Shown here piece after piece: positions 45,664 through 54,299 of a stretch of DNA of 55,527 nt. The position numbers and the translations under genes were made by a program. The DNA comes from Patescibacteria group bacterium (GTDB lineage Bacteria; Patescibacteriota; Patescibacteriia; UBA1558; UBA10009): NCBI GenBank assembly GCA_018818425.1, contig JAHISB010000043.1, positions 1 to 55,527 of the forward strand. Direction: 5' to 3'. Numbering within the stretch: the stretch's first letter is position 1; each line of letters opens with the position of its first letter. Below the pieces are notes generated by a model that saw only the letters and a list, made by a program, of their open reading frames with translations, was not told the origin of the DNA and searched no databases.

Positions 45664-47313
45664 ATGAAAATAAATAACTCATTCCTCATATCGCTATTAA
45701 TTTTACTAATTTTATTATTCGGTTTCAGTCTTTTTAAAAATATTTCTTATCCTCTTCTCTGGAATGATGAAAGTATAACTGTAATGTTGGGGAAAAGAGT
45801 ATTAAATTATGGTTACCCAAAAGTCCATGATGAAAAAAATATTATTTATCATTTTTTCCCTGATCCAAATTTAGGTGTTTGGAGAAAAATTGATGCTAAT
45901 ATTGATGGCGGATGGACACAATATTATTTCTCAACTATCGGTATTAAACTTTCTGAATTTACAGATGATATCTACTTAAAGACCGCCTTATTAAGAATAC
46001 CCTTTGCTGTCATTGGATTAGCAGGATTAATAATTTTCGCCATTGCTATATCTCAAATCTTCTCTAATAAAAAAGAAAGGATAACTTTCTTTATTTTATT
46101 CTCGATATTTGAACTTTTTTCGATATCGCTTATTCTTCATTTAAGAGAAGTGCGATATTATTCTATAGTGATCTTTCTATATTCCTTATTAATATACCTT
46201 TTTATTAAATTTAATTATCTAAAAAATATTAAGCGTAAAACTTATAATGTTATACTAATATTATTACTATTGCTGTTATTAAACACTTTTTATACTTCTT
46301 TTATTATTTTTATTCTTATACTGCTAATTTATGAAGGGATAAAATTTATAAGAAATATTCTACAAAACAAAAATTATTACACAGAAAGTAAAAAATTATT
46401 ACAAGCTACCTTACCTATATTTATTTCGATACTAATTGCGACCCCCTTTACTATATTTTATAAAATAATTCCTATTCTCAAAGCGCTTTCTGAATTAAAA
46501 CACTTTAACCTATCTACCTATTTTTCACATATTAATACTATTGTAACTTTTTTTTATCAATATGAATTTCTATACCTCGCTTTAATAATAAAGCTTGTTC
46601 TAACGTATCTGTTATTCTTTAAAAAAAAGAAGATATTAATTAATTTCCATAAAATAAAATTATCAAACTTTTTTCTACTATTATTTATTATATATATTTT
46701 ACTAATTGCTAAGATGCCCTATCTCTATGAACGTTATTTCATTTATATTCAACCAATTTTAATAGGTATGATTATTATTGATATTTTTATTCTATATGAA
46801 TTACTTTTAGATAATATTAAAAAAACAAAAAAATATTTTTATCAATTTTTATTTATTCTTATAGTTTTTGGATTAATATTTAAAATTAATATAATATCAG
46901 AACATTTATATGAATTAAATCAACCCTATTATGGACCAGTTGATTATGTTATAAATTATTTAAAAGAAAAATTTGTTAAACCAGAAAATTTAATTATCGC
47001 CACAAACTATGAAGAAACCTCATATATGTATTATTTAGGCAGTAAAGTTATCATTGGCTATGCCAGAGCAAATTTAAAAGAAGATTTAAAAAAACAGCCT
47101 GACATAATAATCTACCGTAAATATAATCCTGGTGACCCAGGAATATTTAATTATTTCTTACAAAATAATAAATATAATAAAATAATTTTTCCTGTCTCTG
47201 ATTACTTTGTAAACAATATGCCCGATACCTGTTGTCATTTATTTAGAACTAAAATGCCGGAAAATAGAAATCAAAATCTCATCATCTTCGTAAAACAAAA
47301 AGAGAGTGATTAA
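45664..47313 (+). CDS. GT-C-fold polytopic membrane glycosyltransferase (ArnT/PMT_2-like), extremely AT-rich
   Basis: 549 aa, about 12 or more TM helices. First-loop WNDES acidic motif and REVRYYS motif. One of only two credible plus-strand genes in the window. Confidence 0.5.
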   Translation: MKINNSFLISLLILLILLFGFSLFKNISYPLLWNDESITVMLGKRVLNYGYPKVHDEKNIIYHFFPDPNLGVWRKIDANIDGGWTQYYFSTIGIKLSEFTDDIYLKTALLRIPFAVIGLAGLIIFAIAISQIFSNKKERITFFILFSIFELFSISLILHLREVRYYSIVIFLYSLLIYLFIKFNYLKNIKRKTYNVILILLLLLLLNTFYTSFIIFILILLIYEGIKFIRNILQNKNYYTESKKLLQATLPIFISILIATPFTIFYKIIPILKALSELKHFNLSTYFSHINTIVTFFYQYEFLYLALIIKLVLTYLLFFKKKKILINFHKIKLSNFFLLLFIIYILLIAKMPYLYERYFIYIQPILIGMIIIDIFILYELLLDNIKKTKKYFYQFLFILIVFGLIFKINIISEHLYELNQPYYGPVDYVINYLKEKFVKPENLIIATNYEETSYMYYLGSKVIIGYARANLKEDLKKQPDIIIYRKYNPGDPGIFNYFLQNNKYNKIIFPVSDYFVNNMPDTCCHLFRTKMPENRNQNLIIFVKQKESD

Positions 47314-47444
47314 CTCTTCAACAATCTTCTTATTTATATTAATAAACTCTTTCTAATAAAAAAATTTTCTGATTTGGTTAAATTTTTATAAAGATTACTA
47401 ATTAATTTTAACATTCTACCAATAATCTAGAGAGTATATCTTAA

Positions 47445-48190
47445 TCAATCTTCTCTTTTAATTAAAGCAATCAAAGAAACTCCCCAAGGGAACTTAAAAA
47501 GCTTTAAAAAATACTTCTCGCTGTTAAAAATATAATAATATATTTTATTTAATAAAGGACAAGGAATGGGCAAAGTATCGGATTTAAGGGAGGGTATTTT
47601 GAACAACTTCCTTAGAGTTCTAAGAAATAGTACTGGTAAAAAAAGCCAAAAATTATAATAGCTTATAAAAGACCATTTAATATCTGCTATTTGACCTGCT
47701 TTAATTAAACTCCTTTTGTTGTATCTCCTATGGTGGTGAAGTATTTCATCGTGAGCTGACCAAAGAAAATTAAAAGCTGGCACAGTAACTAATAAAAGAC
47801 CGTGGGACTTTAAAGAAAAAAATAATTTTTTTAAAAGTAAAGCATCATCATCAACATGCTCTAAAACGTCTGAAAGTAAAATAATATCGTAGCTATCTGG
47901 CTTAGCTTGCCAATGATCGGGATTAATAACTTTTACATTTGTTAGGCCTCGCTTTTTACAAAACTCTATTGCTTTCTCTGAAATGCTTTCTCTGAAACAT
48001 CCACGCCTTCTGCATGAATAACGTTTTTAAAAGAAGCCAACGTTGCTCCGCAACCACAGCCAAAATCAAGAATTTTTGAATCAGTTTTTACATTATCCTT
48101 TAATAAATATTTTATAATAGCTCTCTTGCCTTTAAACCACCAATGCCCATCTTCTGCTTTAAACATATTTTGAAATTCTGAAATATCCAT
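47445..48190 (-). pseudogene. Class I SAM-dependent methyltransferase disrupted by a 14-bp tandem duplication
   Basis: The N-terminal piece carries motif I ILDFGCGCG. TGCTTTCTCTGAAA occurs twice in tandem (47970-47983 and 47984-47997). Deleting one copy joins the two pieces into one open frame of about 244 aa (hand-translated, no further stops). Confidence 0.8.
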
Positions 48191-48222
48191 AAAAATCCCA
48201 TTGTTATAACATTTAAAAATTT

Positions 48223-49737
48223 TTACTGCTGTTTAGTAAAATTAAAAACCTTTATCCGCTCTATCTGGCAAAAATTATCCTGAAGCTGCCAGCCGTTATT
48301 CAAGAACCACTTAAAAACTTTATTATCAGGGTCTAAAATAGGAACGTAAATAGCCTCTACCAGTAAAATATTATCGTAATCTTCCACCGCGCCGGCCATT
48401 TTTTCAACATTATCATTGGTTACTACAGGACCGGCTCCTCTTTGAACCACTCTCTCTGCAAACGATAAGCTGTCATTGATAGGATAAAAACCCTCCACAG
48501 GCAAAGAGCCGGTGTAATATCTTTTAAGCATCATGGCAAAGGCAAAATTATGAACAATAATTTTGGAATCGGGCGAACTTATCTGGTTAATGCATTCATC
48601 CACCCTGGTCCAGTAATTTCTTTCGGTAAAAAAACTGCCATAACCCACTATCAGTGAAAAAATTATTAAAGCCATTAAGCTGGCTTGCATTGCTTTACGA
48701 GCATTCAACCAATTGACTATGCCCTGGCCGATTAATAAATAAGTAAAAACAGAAGCTAAAATTAAATATCTGGGCGTTACCCAATGAGCAACAAAACAAC
48801 CCGCTAATGACGCCAAAACCAAGGCCAAACTATAAACAACAGGAGGACTGAATTTAAATTTAACGCCTAAATCATAATCCCCTTTTATTCTTTTGACAAT
48901 CAAAAAACTGGCTAAAGCAAAAAGCGGCAATAGTGAATAAAATAATTCCAAATAGAAAGCGCTGTTTGTGAGTCTGAAAAAATATTTAAAAATTTCTGTA
49001 AAAAAATGGAAATCATAGGGGACATAAAAAAGATAGGTTGAAAAAACGGCCTCTTTTTTAACCAAGAAAGAAATAATAATATAGCACAATAAAGGAAGAG
49101 CGATAACCGAGTAGCTTAAAAGCCATGCTCTGATGCTTTTTTTTCGCCTAATATAATTAAAGATAATAAAACACGCTTGGGCCAGTATCAAAAAACTGCC
49201 AACTAAATGAGTAAAGGCCAAAAGCAAAGAGCTTAAGATATAACCAATCCAATTAAGCCGAGTTTTATTATCGTTAAAAAGCTGCCAGAAAAACCAGGTA
49301 GACAGCAAGCTTAAAAAAACCAGCAAAGAATAAGGCCTGGCTTCGGTGGTTAAAAAAATCTGATAGGTGGATAAAGTATAGAATATCGCGGCTATAAGCG
49401 CTGTTTTGGCATTAAAAAGTTTCTTACCTATTAAATAAAGCAAGGGGATATTGCCGACCGCAAAAATTATTGACAGCAACCTGGTAACAAATTCCGTTTC
49501 TGCAAAAAATTTATACCAAAACCATAAAATAATGCTGTATAAAGGAACATTAACGTCCTGAATAAGCAAATCCAGCATTCCCTTAAAGGAAAATTTGGTA
49601 AAATTAACCGCATATAATTCATCAAACCAGTAACTGCCTAAAAAATGGCTAAAGAGCAGTCTTAAGCCCAGGCCGGCTAAGGTGAGCAGGGCTACCAGCC
49701 AAAAATATCCTCTGTTTTTAAAAATTTGTTTAATCAT
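48223..49737 (-). CDS. Glycosyltransferase family 39/83-like (ArnT/PMT_2) membrane protein
   Basis: 504 aa. WFDELYA first-loop motif, DVNVPLYSIILWFWYKFF, TEARPYSL. Polytopic. Confidence 0.75.
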   Translation of the reverse strand: MIKQIFKNRGYFWLVALLTLAGLGLRLLFSHFLGSYWFDELYAVNFTKFSFKGMLDLLIQDVNVPLYSIILWFWYKFFAETEFVTRLLSIIFAVGNIPLLYLIGKKLFNAKTALIAAIFYTLSTYQIFLTTEARPYSLLVFLSLLSTWFFWQLFNDNKTRLNWIGYILSSLLLAFTHLVGSFLILAQACFIIFNYIRRKKSIRAWLLSYSVIALPLLCYIIISFLVKKEAVFSTYLFYVPYDFHFFTEIFKYFFRLTNSAFYLELFYSLLPLFALASFLIVKRIKGDYDLGVKFKFSPPVVYSLALVLASLAGCFVAHWVTPRYLILASVFTYLLIGQGIVNWLNARKAMQASLMALIIFSLIVGYGSFFTERNYWTRVDECINQISSPDSKIIVHNFAFAMMLKRYYTGSLPVEGFYPINDSLSFAERVVQRGAGPVVTNDNVEKMAGAVEDYDNILLVEAIYVPILDPDNKVFKWFLNNGWQLQDNFCQIERIKVFNFTKQQ

Positions 49738-51397
49738 TGTTTATAATCTGGTAAATTTTGGTTTTTTTGTCTTCGTAAACCTGCTTAAAAGAATCGCTGG
49801 AGCTTAAGTTGCTTTCCAGCTTAACAAAGCTCTTTTCTACAAAAACATAGTCGGCGTTGAAATTCTCTTTGATTTTCTTGGCTAAATCCTCCTGTTCTTT
49901 GCCGCTGATAATGTTTTCGTACAGCCAATACTTTTCCTGATCTTTTTCATACATAAAGGTATGATCCAGCCCTGTTAAATAATAGTTATGGTCGTTATAA
50001 TAAAATAAAAATGGGAAATCGTCCCAGTCGGAATGAAACACCACGGAATGCTTTGGGGTATTTTGCCTAAGCCACTGCGCCGCTTCTTGATAATGGTTAA
50101 TAGGAAAACCCACCAGCATATCTTTTTTAACCGCTAAAATATCTCGGGGCGCCTGAAATAAAAAAGTCAAGACAAAAATTGACAGCAGAACTCCTAAACA
50201 AGTGGTCTTAAAATTAAAGATTTTTTTTATTTCCTCTTTGGCAAACTGCTTAAGATAACAGTTAAAGCTAAAGGCAAAAAAGATAATGGTTAAAGGTATA
50301 AAGAATTCAATATTTCTGCGGGATTTTAAGGTTAAAAACAAAAGGGCCAATGCCAGCAGGCCCCAAGTTAAAGAGTGAACCGACTGTTTTTTAAAAGTTA
50401 TAACAACCAGGGCCAGCCCCATTATCAGCAAAGCGCAGATTAGGGGGTGGATGGTAATTAAATTAAACGGGCTGTAAGGGTACCATTCGTTGCCCACCCT
50501 GACAATTTCCTGATAGTTGATAATGGCAATCTTGACAATCTGCACCCAGTAAAAATGCAAATTAGCCGGAAAATAAGGGTTGATAACCAGACCGGCAACA
50601 CTGCCGCCCACTGTGGCCGCCAAACCGGCCCAGGGCAAATTCTGATTTTTGAACCCCGCGCCTTGAGAATGCTCTGTAATTTCTGTCACAGGTCTGCGCC
50701 GCTTCTTTCTTACTACAAGATGTAATAACTTCATAAGACAGAGGCGCGGGGTAACTTTCTGCCGCCAAGAACCGGCAAAACTCCGGCTCAATAGCCAACA
50801 AGCTAACCAGTAAAAAACAGTCAGGGCTATCATCATTGGCCAGCCGCCATAAAGCCAGACCGCCAGAAAGGAAATTATAAATAAATCCAGCCATCTTTTT
50901 TTAACCAGAAAATAATAAGCCAGAAGCAGAAAAATTAAAAAAAGCGCCGGCGCTTTGACCAGACTGGCTCTCCACAGCCAGTCCCGGGACACAAATAAAA
51001 CTATAATGTAAAAAAACGGATAAACAACCTTAAAACTTTTAAGCAGCCAGTAAAACGCCAAAACAGCCAAAGAGCCAAAGATGGTAGTGGCGGTTTTTAC
51101 CCCCACCAGCGGATCGTCCAACATCACAAAAGGCACCAGCAATAGGTGGTATAAAAAGTGATGGTCCACAAAATTATTGGCCAGATCGGTTTCCTGAAGC
51201 CACGGCAGTTGATGCAAAACCTGCCCCTCGCTTAAAAACTTGGCGATTTTAGCGTGATAAAACGAATCCGGCTCCGGCAGAGTAAAGGTTCCCTGCAAAG
51301 AAGAAAAAACAACCAGAGCCAAAATAAAAACTATCAGATAATCCAAATTGAATTTTTGGAAAATGCCCCGGAGCGCCGACCAAAGTTTAAACATCAT
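49730..51397 (-). CDS. GT-C membrane glycosyltransferase with STT3/AglB/PglB-like features
   Basis: 555 aa. EPDSFYHAK in the first loop (51254-51274). After the last TM comes AAQWLRQNTPKHSVVFHSDWDDFPFLFYY (SDWDDF at 50015-50032), laid out like the WWDYG region of oligosaccharyltransferases. Overlaps the next gene by 8 nt. Confidence 0.5.
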   Translation of the reverse strand: MMFKLWSALRGIFQKFNLDYLIVFILALVVFSSLQGTFTLPEPDSFYHAKIAKFLSEGQVLHQLPWLQETDLANNFVDHHFLYHLLLVPFVMLDDPLVGVKTATTIFGSLAVLAFYWLLKSFKVVYPFFYIIVLFVSRDWLWRASLVKAPALFLIFLLLAYYFLVKKRWLDLFIISFLAVWLYGGWPMMIALTVFYWLACWLLSRSFAGSWRQKVTPRLCLMKLLHLVVRKKRRRPVTEITEHSQGAGFKNQNLPWAGLAATVGGSVAGLVINPYFPANLHFYWVQIVKIAIINYQEIVRVGNEWYPYSPFNLITIHPLICALLIMGLALVVITFKKQSVHSLTWGLLALALLFLTLKSRRNIEFFIPLTIIFFAFSFNCYLKQFAKEEIKKIFNFKTTCLGVLLSIFVLTFLFQAPRDILAVKKDMLVGFPINHYQEAAQWLRQNTPKHSVVFHSDWDDFPFLFYYNDHNYYLTGLDHTFMYEKDQEKYWLYENIISGKEQEDLAKKIKENFNADYVFVEKSFVKLESNLSSSDSFKQVYEDKKTKIYQIINND

Positions 51398-51534
51398 AGG
51401 GATATTTTACACCATTTTAACAATTAAATAAACGCTAATCTCCACGGCTTCCAAAATATCTGGTATTGACATTATAGAAATAAAAGGTAAAATACCATTA
51501 AACAAGGGTCTTTTGTCCTTGTTTTATTTTATTT

Positions 51535-52122
51535 ATGAAAAAATCATCATATAATCCCCAAATCCATCACCGGCGATCGATTAGATTGCCCAATTATGAT
51601 TATTCGCAACCGGGCTATTATTTTATCACCATTTGCACAAAAAATAGGGATTGTTTACTTGGTGTTACAAAAAATAATAAAATTGAATTATCACCGATTG
51701 GTGAAATTGCTAAACAATGCTGGTTGGATATTCCAAAACATTATCCCCATACACGGTTGGATGAATACATTATAATGCCGAACCATGTTCATGGGATAAT
51801 TTTGGCCGAATTCAACAACGTGGCAGGGGCACACGTAGGGGCAATTCATGAATTGCCCCTACGTGTGCCCCTGCCGCATACCAAAATATTTCGCCGTAGA
51901 ATGTTAATACCAAAAATTATCGGGCGTTTCAAAATGAATTCGGCCAAAATTATCAACCAATTATGCAATACGCAAGGGATTCCGTTTTGGCAACGCAATT
52001 ATTACGAACATATCATCAGAAATAAAGAATCATTATATCGCATCCGTCAATACATTAAAAATAATCCTAAAAATTGGATAAACGACAGCAATAATCCTGA
52101 TAATAAAAAATCGACCAAATAA
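51535..52122 (+). CDS. IS200-like Y1 (HUH) transposase, RAYT-like, second copy
   Basis: 195 aa. HUH motif HVHGII and C-terminal YIKNNPKNW tyrosine helix. Carries a 54-bp perfect palindrome in-frame. Confidence 0.8.
   Translation: MKKSSYNPQIHHRRSIRLPNYDYSQPGYYFITICTKNRDCLLGVTKNNKIELSPIGEIAKQCWLDIPKHYPHTRLDEYIIMPNHVHGIILAEFNNVAGAHVGAIHELPLRVPLPHTKIFRRRMLIPKIIGRFKMNSAKIINQLCNTQGIPFWQRNYYEHIIRNKESLYRIRQYIKNNPKNWINDSNNPDNKKSTK
51822..51875. repeat. Perfect 54-bp palindrome inside the RAYT-like gene
   Basis: GGCAGGGGCACACGTAGGGGCAATTCA|TGAATTGCCCCTACGTGTGCCCCTGCC, checked base by base. It encodes AGAHVGAIHELPLRVPLP. Confidence 0.95.
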
Positions 52123-52154
52123 CGATTTGCCCCGCGCCACAAAATGATGTGGTA

Positions 52155-52185
52155 GAAAAAAGACCCGGCCAAAAGACCGGGTCTT
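52155..52185 (-). terminator. Strong rho-independent terminator downstream of the pilin gene
   Basis: AAGACCCGG (52160-52168) pairs perfectly with CCGGGTCTT (52177-52185), with an 8-nt loop. On the minus strand the stem is followed by TTTTTT. Confidence 0.7.
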
Positions 52186-52215
52186 AACTCTATTATTACG
52201 CAATAAATTTATTCA

Positions 52216-52713
52216 CTAAGGAATAGGTTTAACACACGTACCAATTAAACCGCCTGTTGTTATCGCATGACAACCGTCGCCTAAACTGCCGGAGCCCGAC
52301 TCTAAATAAAAGCAGATTTCGTAATCTTCCACAGTAGCGCCTGCATCGCCATCTTCTTGAGCAATGGAATATTGGCAAGTATTACCGGTACCGCCGGTAC
52401 AATCAAGGCCACAGCCAGTCTCGGGACTGGAAGGATCGAGAAAGCCGTCAAACTGGTCTACCTGGTGGGGGCCAGTGCAACTATTTGTATTAACACCAGC
52501 CGTAGTACAGCCCTCCAAAGCATTAATACCGGTGCCTTCGGTGGCTGCCATTTCTATAATGGTGGAAAGCTGTTTAACATCGGAGAGCCGGCGGGCGTCT
52601 CTAGCTTTTTGCCGGGCATTGTTTAAGCTGACCACGGCCAAAGTTGAAAGCAAGCCGATAATGGCAATTACCACTAAAAGCTCAATTAAAGTAAAACCTT
52701 TTTTATTTCTCAT
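52216..52713 (-). CDS. pilA: Type IV pilin, probable major pilin (short leader)
   Basis: MRNKKG|[24 protein letters not shown]. Four or more Cys in the C-terminal half. It has its own terminator and a 300-bp upstream region. Confidence 0.8.
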   Translation of the reverse strand: MRNKKGFTLIELLVVIAIIGLLSTLAVVSLNNARQKARDARRLSDVKQLSTIIEMAATEGTGINALEGCTTAGVNTNSCTGPHQVDQFDGFLDPSSPETGCGLDCTGGTGNTCQYSIAQEDGDAGATVEDYEICFYLESGSGSLGDGCHAITTGGLIGTCVKPIP

Positions 52714-52990
52714 AATTTCAATTTTTATTTATTTATAAATGATTTTATGCCTCGACCTTTTTGAGGATATATATAAAATTGTGGATAACTTTTCCACACT
52801 AATTCACCTTATATAGTATAACAAAAATTTCTGTATTTGACAATGTTTCAACCGGTTTTCCGCAGATAAATCGCGAGTCGGGAGTCGCGATACCCGCCCA
52901 TGTTCTCACTCTTATTTCATTAAAGGTCGAGCTACGGCGGGGCAAATACGATACCCCTCGACTCGCTACGCTCGCTCGGGGCCTGTCGGC

Positions 52991-53018
52991 AGGATATAGG
53001 ATATAGGATATAGGATTT
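52991..53018. repeat. 7-bp tandem repeat AGGATAT x4 just 3' of pilC
   Basis: AGGATAT AGGATAT AGGATAT AGGATTT, read directly. Confidence 0.85.
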
Positions 53019-53022
53019 GCGA

Positions 53023-54240
53023 CTAAAACTGATTGGCTAAATTATACATTGGCAGAATAATGGCCGCTACCATGCCGCCCACGGCAACGCCTATAAGCAC
53101 CATAATAAACGGTTCAATCAAGCTGGTTAAATTAGCCACCATATTGGTGATTTCTCTGGAGTAAAAAGCGGCCACTTTATCTAAAATATCATCCAAACGG
53201 CCGGTTTTTTCTCCCACGGCCATCATCTGGGAAACCAGCCGAGGCACAATGTCCGATTCTAAAAAAACCACCGCCACCGAGTTGCCGTCTTCCACTTCTT
53301 TAATGGTCCGGTCAATCAAGTCCTGGTAAAGCTGGTTGCCCACCACCTCCGAAACTATTTTCAAGCCGGCTGTTAGGGGAACTCCGCCTCTGACCAAAGT
53401 GGAAAGCGACTGGGTAAAGCGGGTTAAATAGATCATTTTAAAAAGCCTGCCAAAAAGCGGAAACTTTAACTTTAAAATATCAAAAGCTCTTCGGCCCCGG
53501 GGCATTTTAATTAACTGCTTAAAGCCCGCTGCCCCGCCTATAATAATCAGCAGAAAAATCCACCAATAATTTTTTAAAGCATTGCTAACGCCAATTAATA
53601 TTCTGGTAGAAAGCGGCAGGGTTGCGCCCGAAGCTGTTAGCATGCCGGTTAATTGAGGAATCACAAAAATCATCATGACGGTTCCGACTAAAATCAAACC
53701 GCTGATAATAAAAGCCGGGTAAATCATGGCGCCCTTGATTCTGCTGATTAAATCGTAATCCTTTTCTTCTTGATCGGCTAAATATTCTAAAACCTCGTCC
53801 AGCTTGCCCGAGGTCTCGCCGGATTTAATCATGCTGATAAAAAAATTGGAAAAGGCCTTATTGTGCTTGGCTAAAGCCGCCGAGAACTTGGCCCCGCTCT
53901 CAACTTCATCGGCAATATCGGAAACAATTTTTTTTAAAATCGGCTTTTCGGTCTGTTTAACAATAATTTTTAAGGCCTGAACTACCGGCAGGTTAGCGGA
54001 GATCATTACCGCCAATTGCCTGGAAAAAATTACAATGTCTTTCTTGGTGACCTTGTCGAGCCAAGGAAGTTTAAATCCCCCTTTTTTGCCCAAGACCAGC
54101 CTGCCTCTGCCCTGCAGAGTAATCACCGCTAAACCCTTGTCTAATAAAACATCAGCGGCCATTTCATCATTAGGCGCATCAACCACGCCCTTGAATATTT
54201 CTCCCTGATAATTTTTAGCTTTATAATTGAATTGAGGCAT
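53023..54240 (-). CDS. pilC: Type IV pilus platform protein PilC (GspF family)
   Basis: Two T2SSF repeats and three TM segments. I prefer the ATG at 54240; the track start at 54276 is GTG. Confidence 0.9.
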   Translation of the reverse strand: MPQFNYKAKNYQGEIFKGVVDAPNDEMAADVLLDKGLAVITLQGRGRLVLGKKGGFKLPWLDKVTKKDIVIFSRQLAVMISANLPVVQALKIIVKQTEKPILKKIVSDIADEVESGAKFSAALAKHNKAFSNFFISMIKSGETSGKLDEVLEYLADQEEKDYDLISRIKGAMIYPAFIISGLILVGTVMMIFVIPQLTGMLTASGATLPLSTRILIGVSNALKNYWWIFLLIIIGGAAGFKQLIKMPRGRRAFDILKLKFPLFGRLFKMIYLTRFTQSLSTLVRGGVPLTAGLKIVSEVVGNQLYQDLIDRTIKEVEDGNSVAVVFLESDIVPRLVSQMMAVGEKTGRLDDILDKVAAFYSREITNMVANLTSLIEPFIMVLIGVAVGGMVAAIILPMYNLANQF

Positions 54241-54299
54241 ACGAAAATTTATTAAATTGCTAAGTCTATCTCCCACTTTCCAACTTAGTAACTTAGTAA

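Noticed and set aside
50562-50894. Same-strand alternative-frame ORFs (50562..50894, 20133..20417, 21713..21904, 23131..23385, 4227..4463)
   Set aside because: Each is fully nested in a longer ORF with clear family identity. Their translations are low complexity (Arg/Ser/Gly-rich) with no motifs.
52780-52843. Replication origin, suggested by DnaA-box-like 9-mers and a nearby TTGACA
   Set aside because: There are only two boxes, no dnaA/dnaN neighbourhood and no cluster or unwinding element. The uniform gene orientation continues on both sides.
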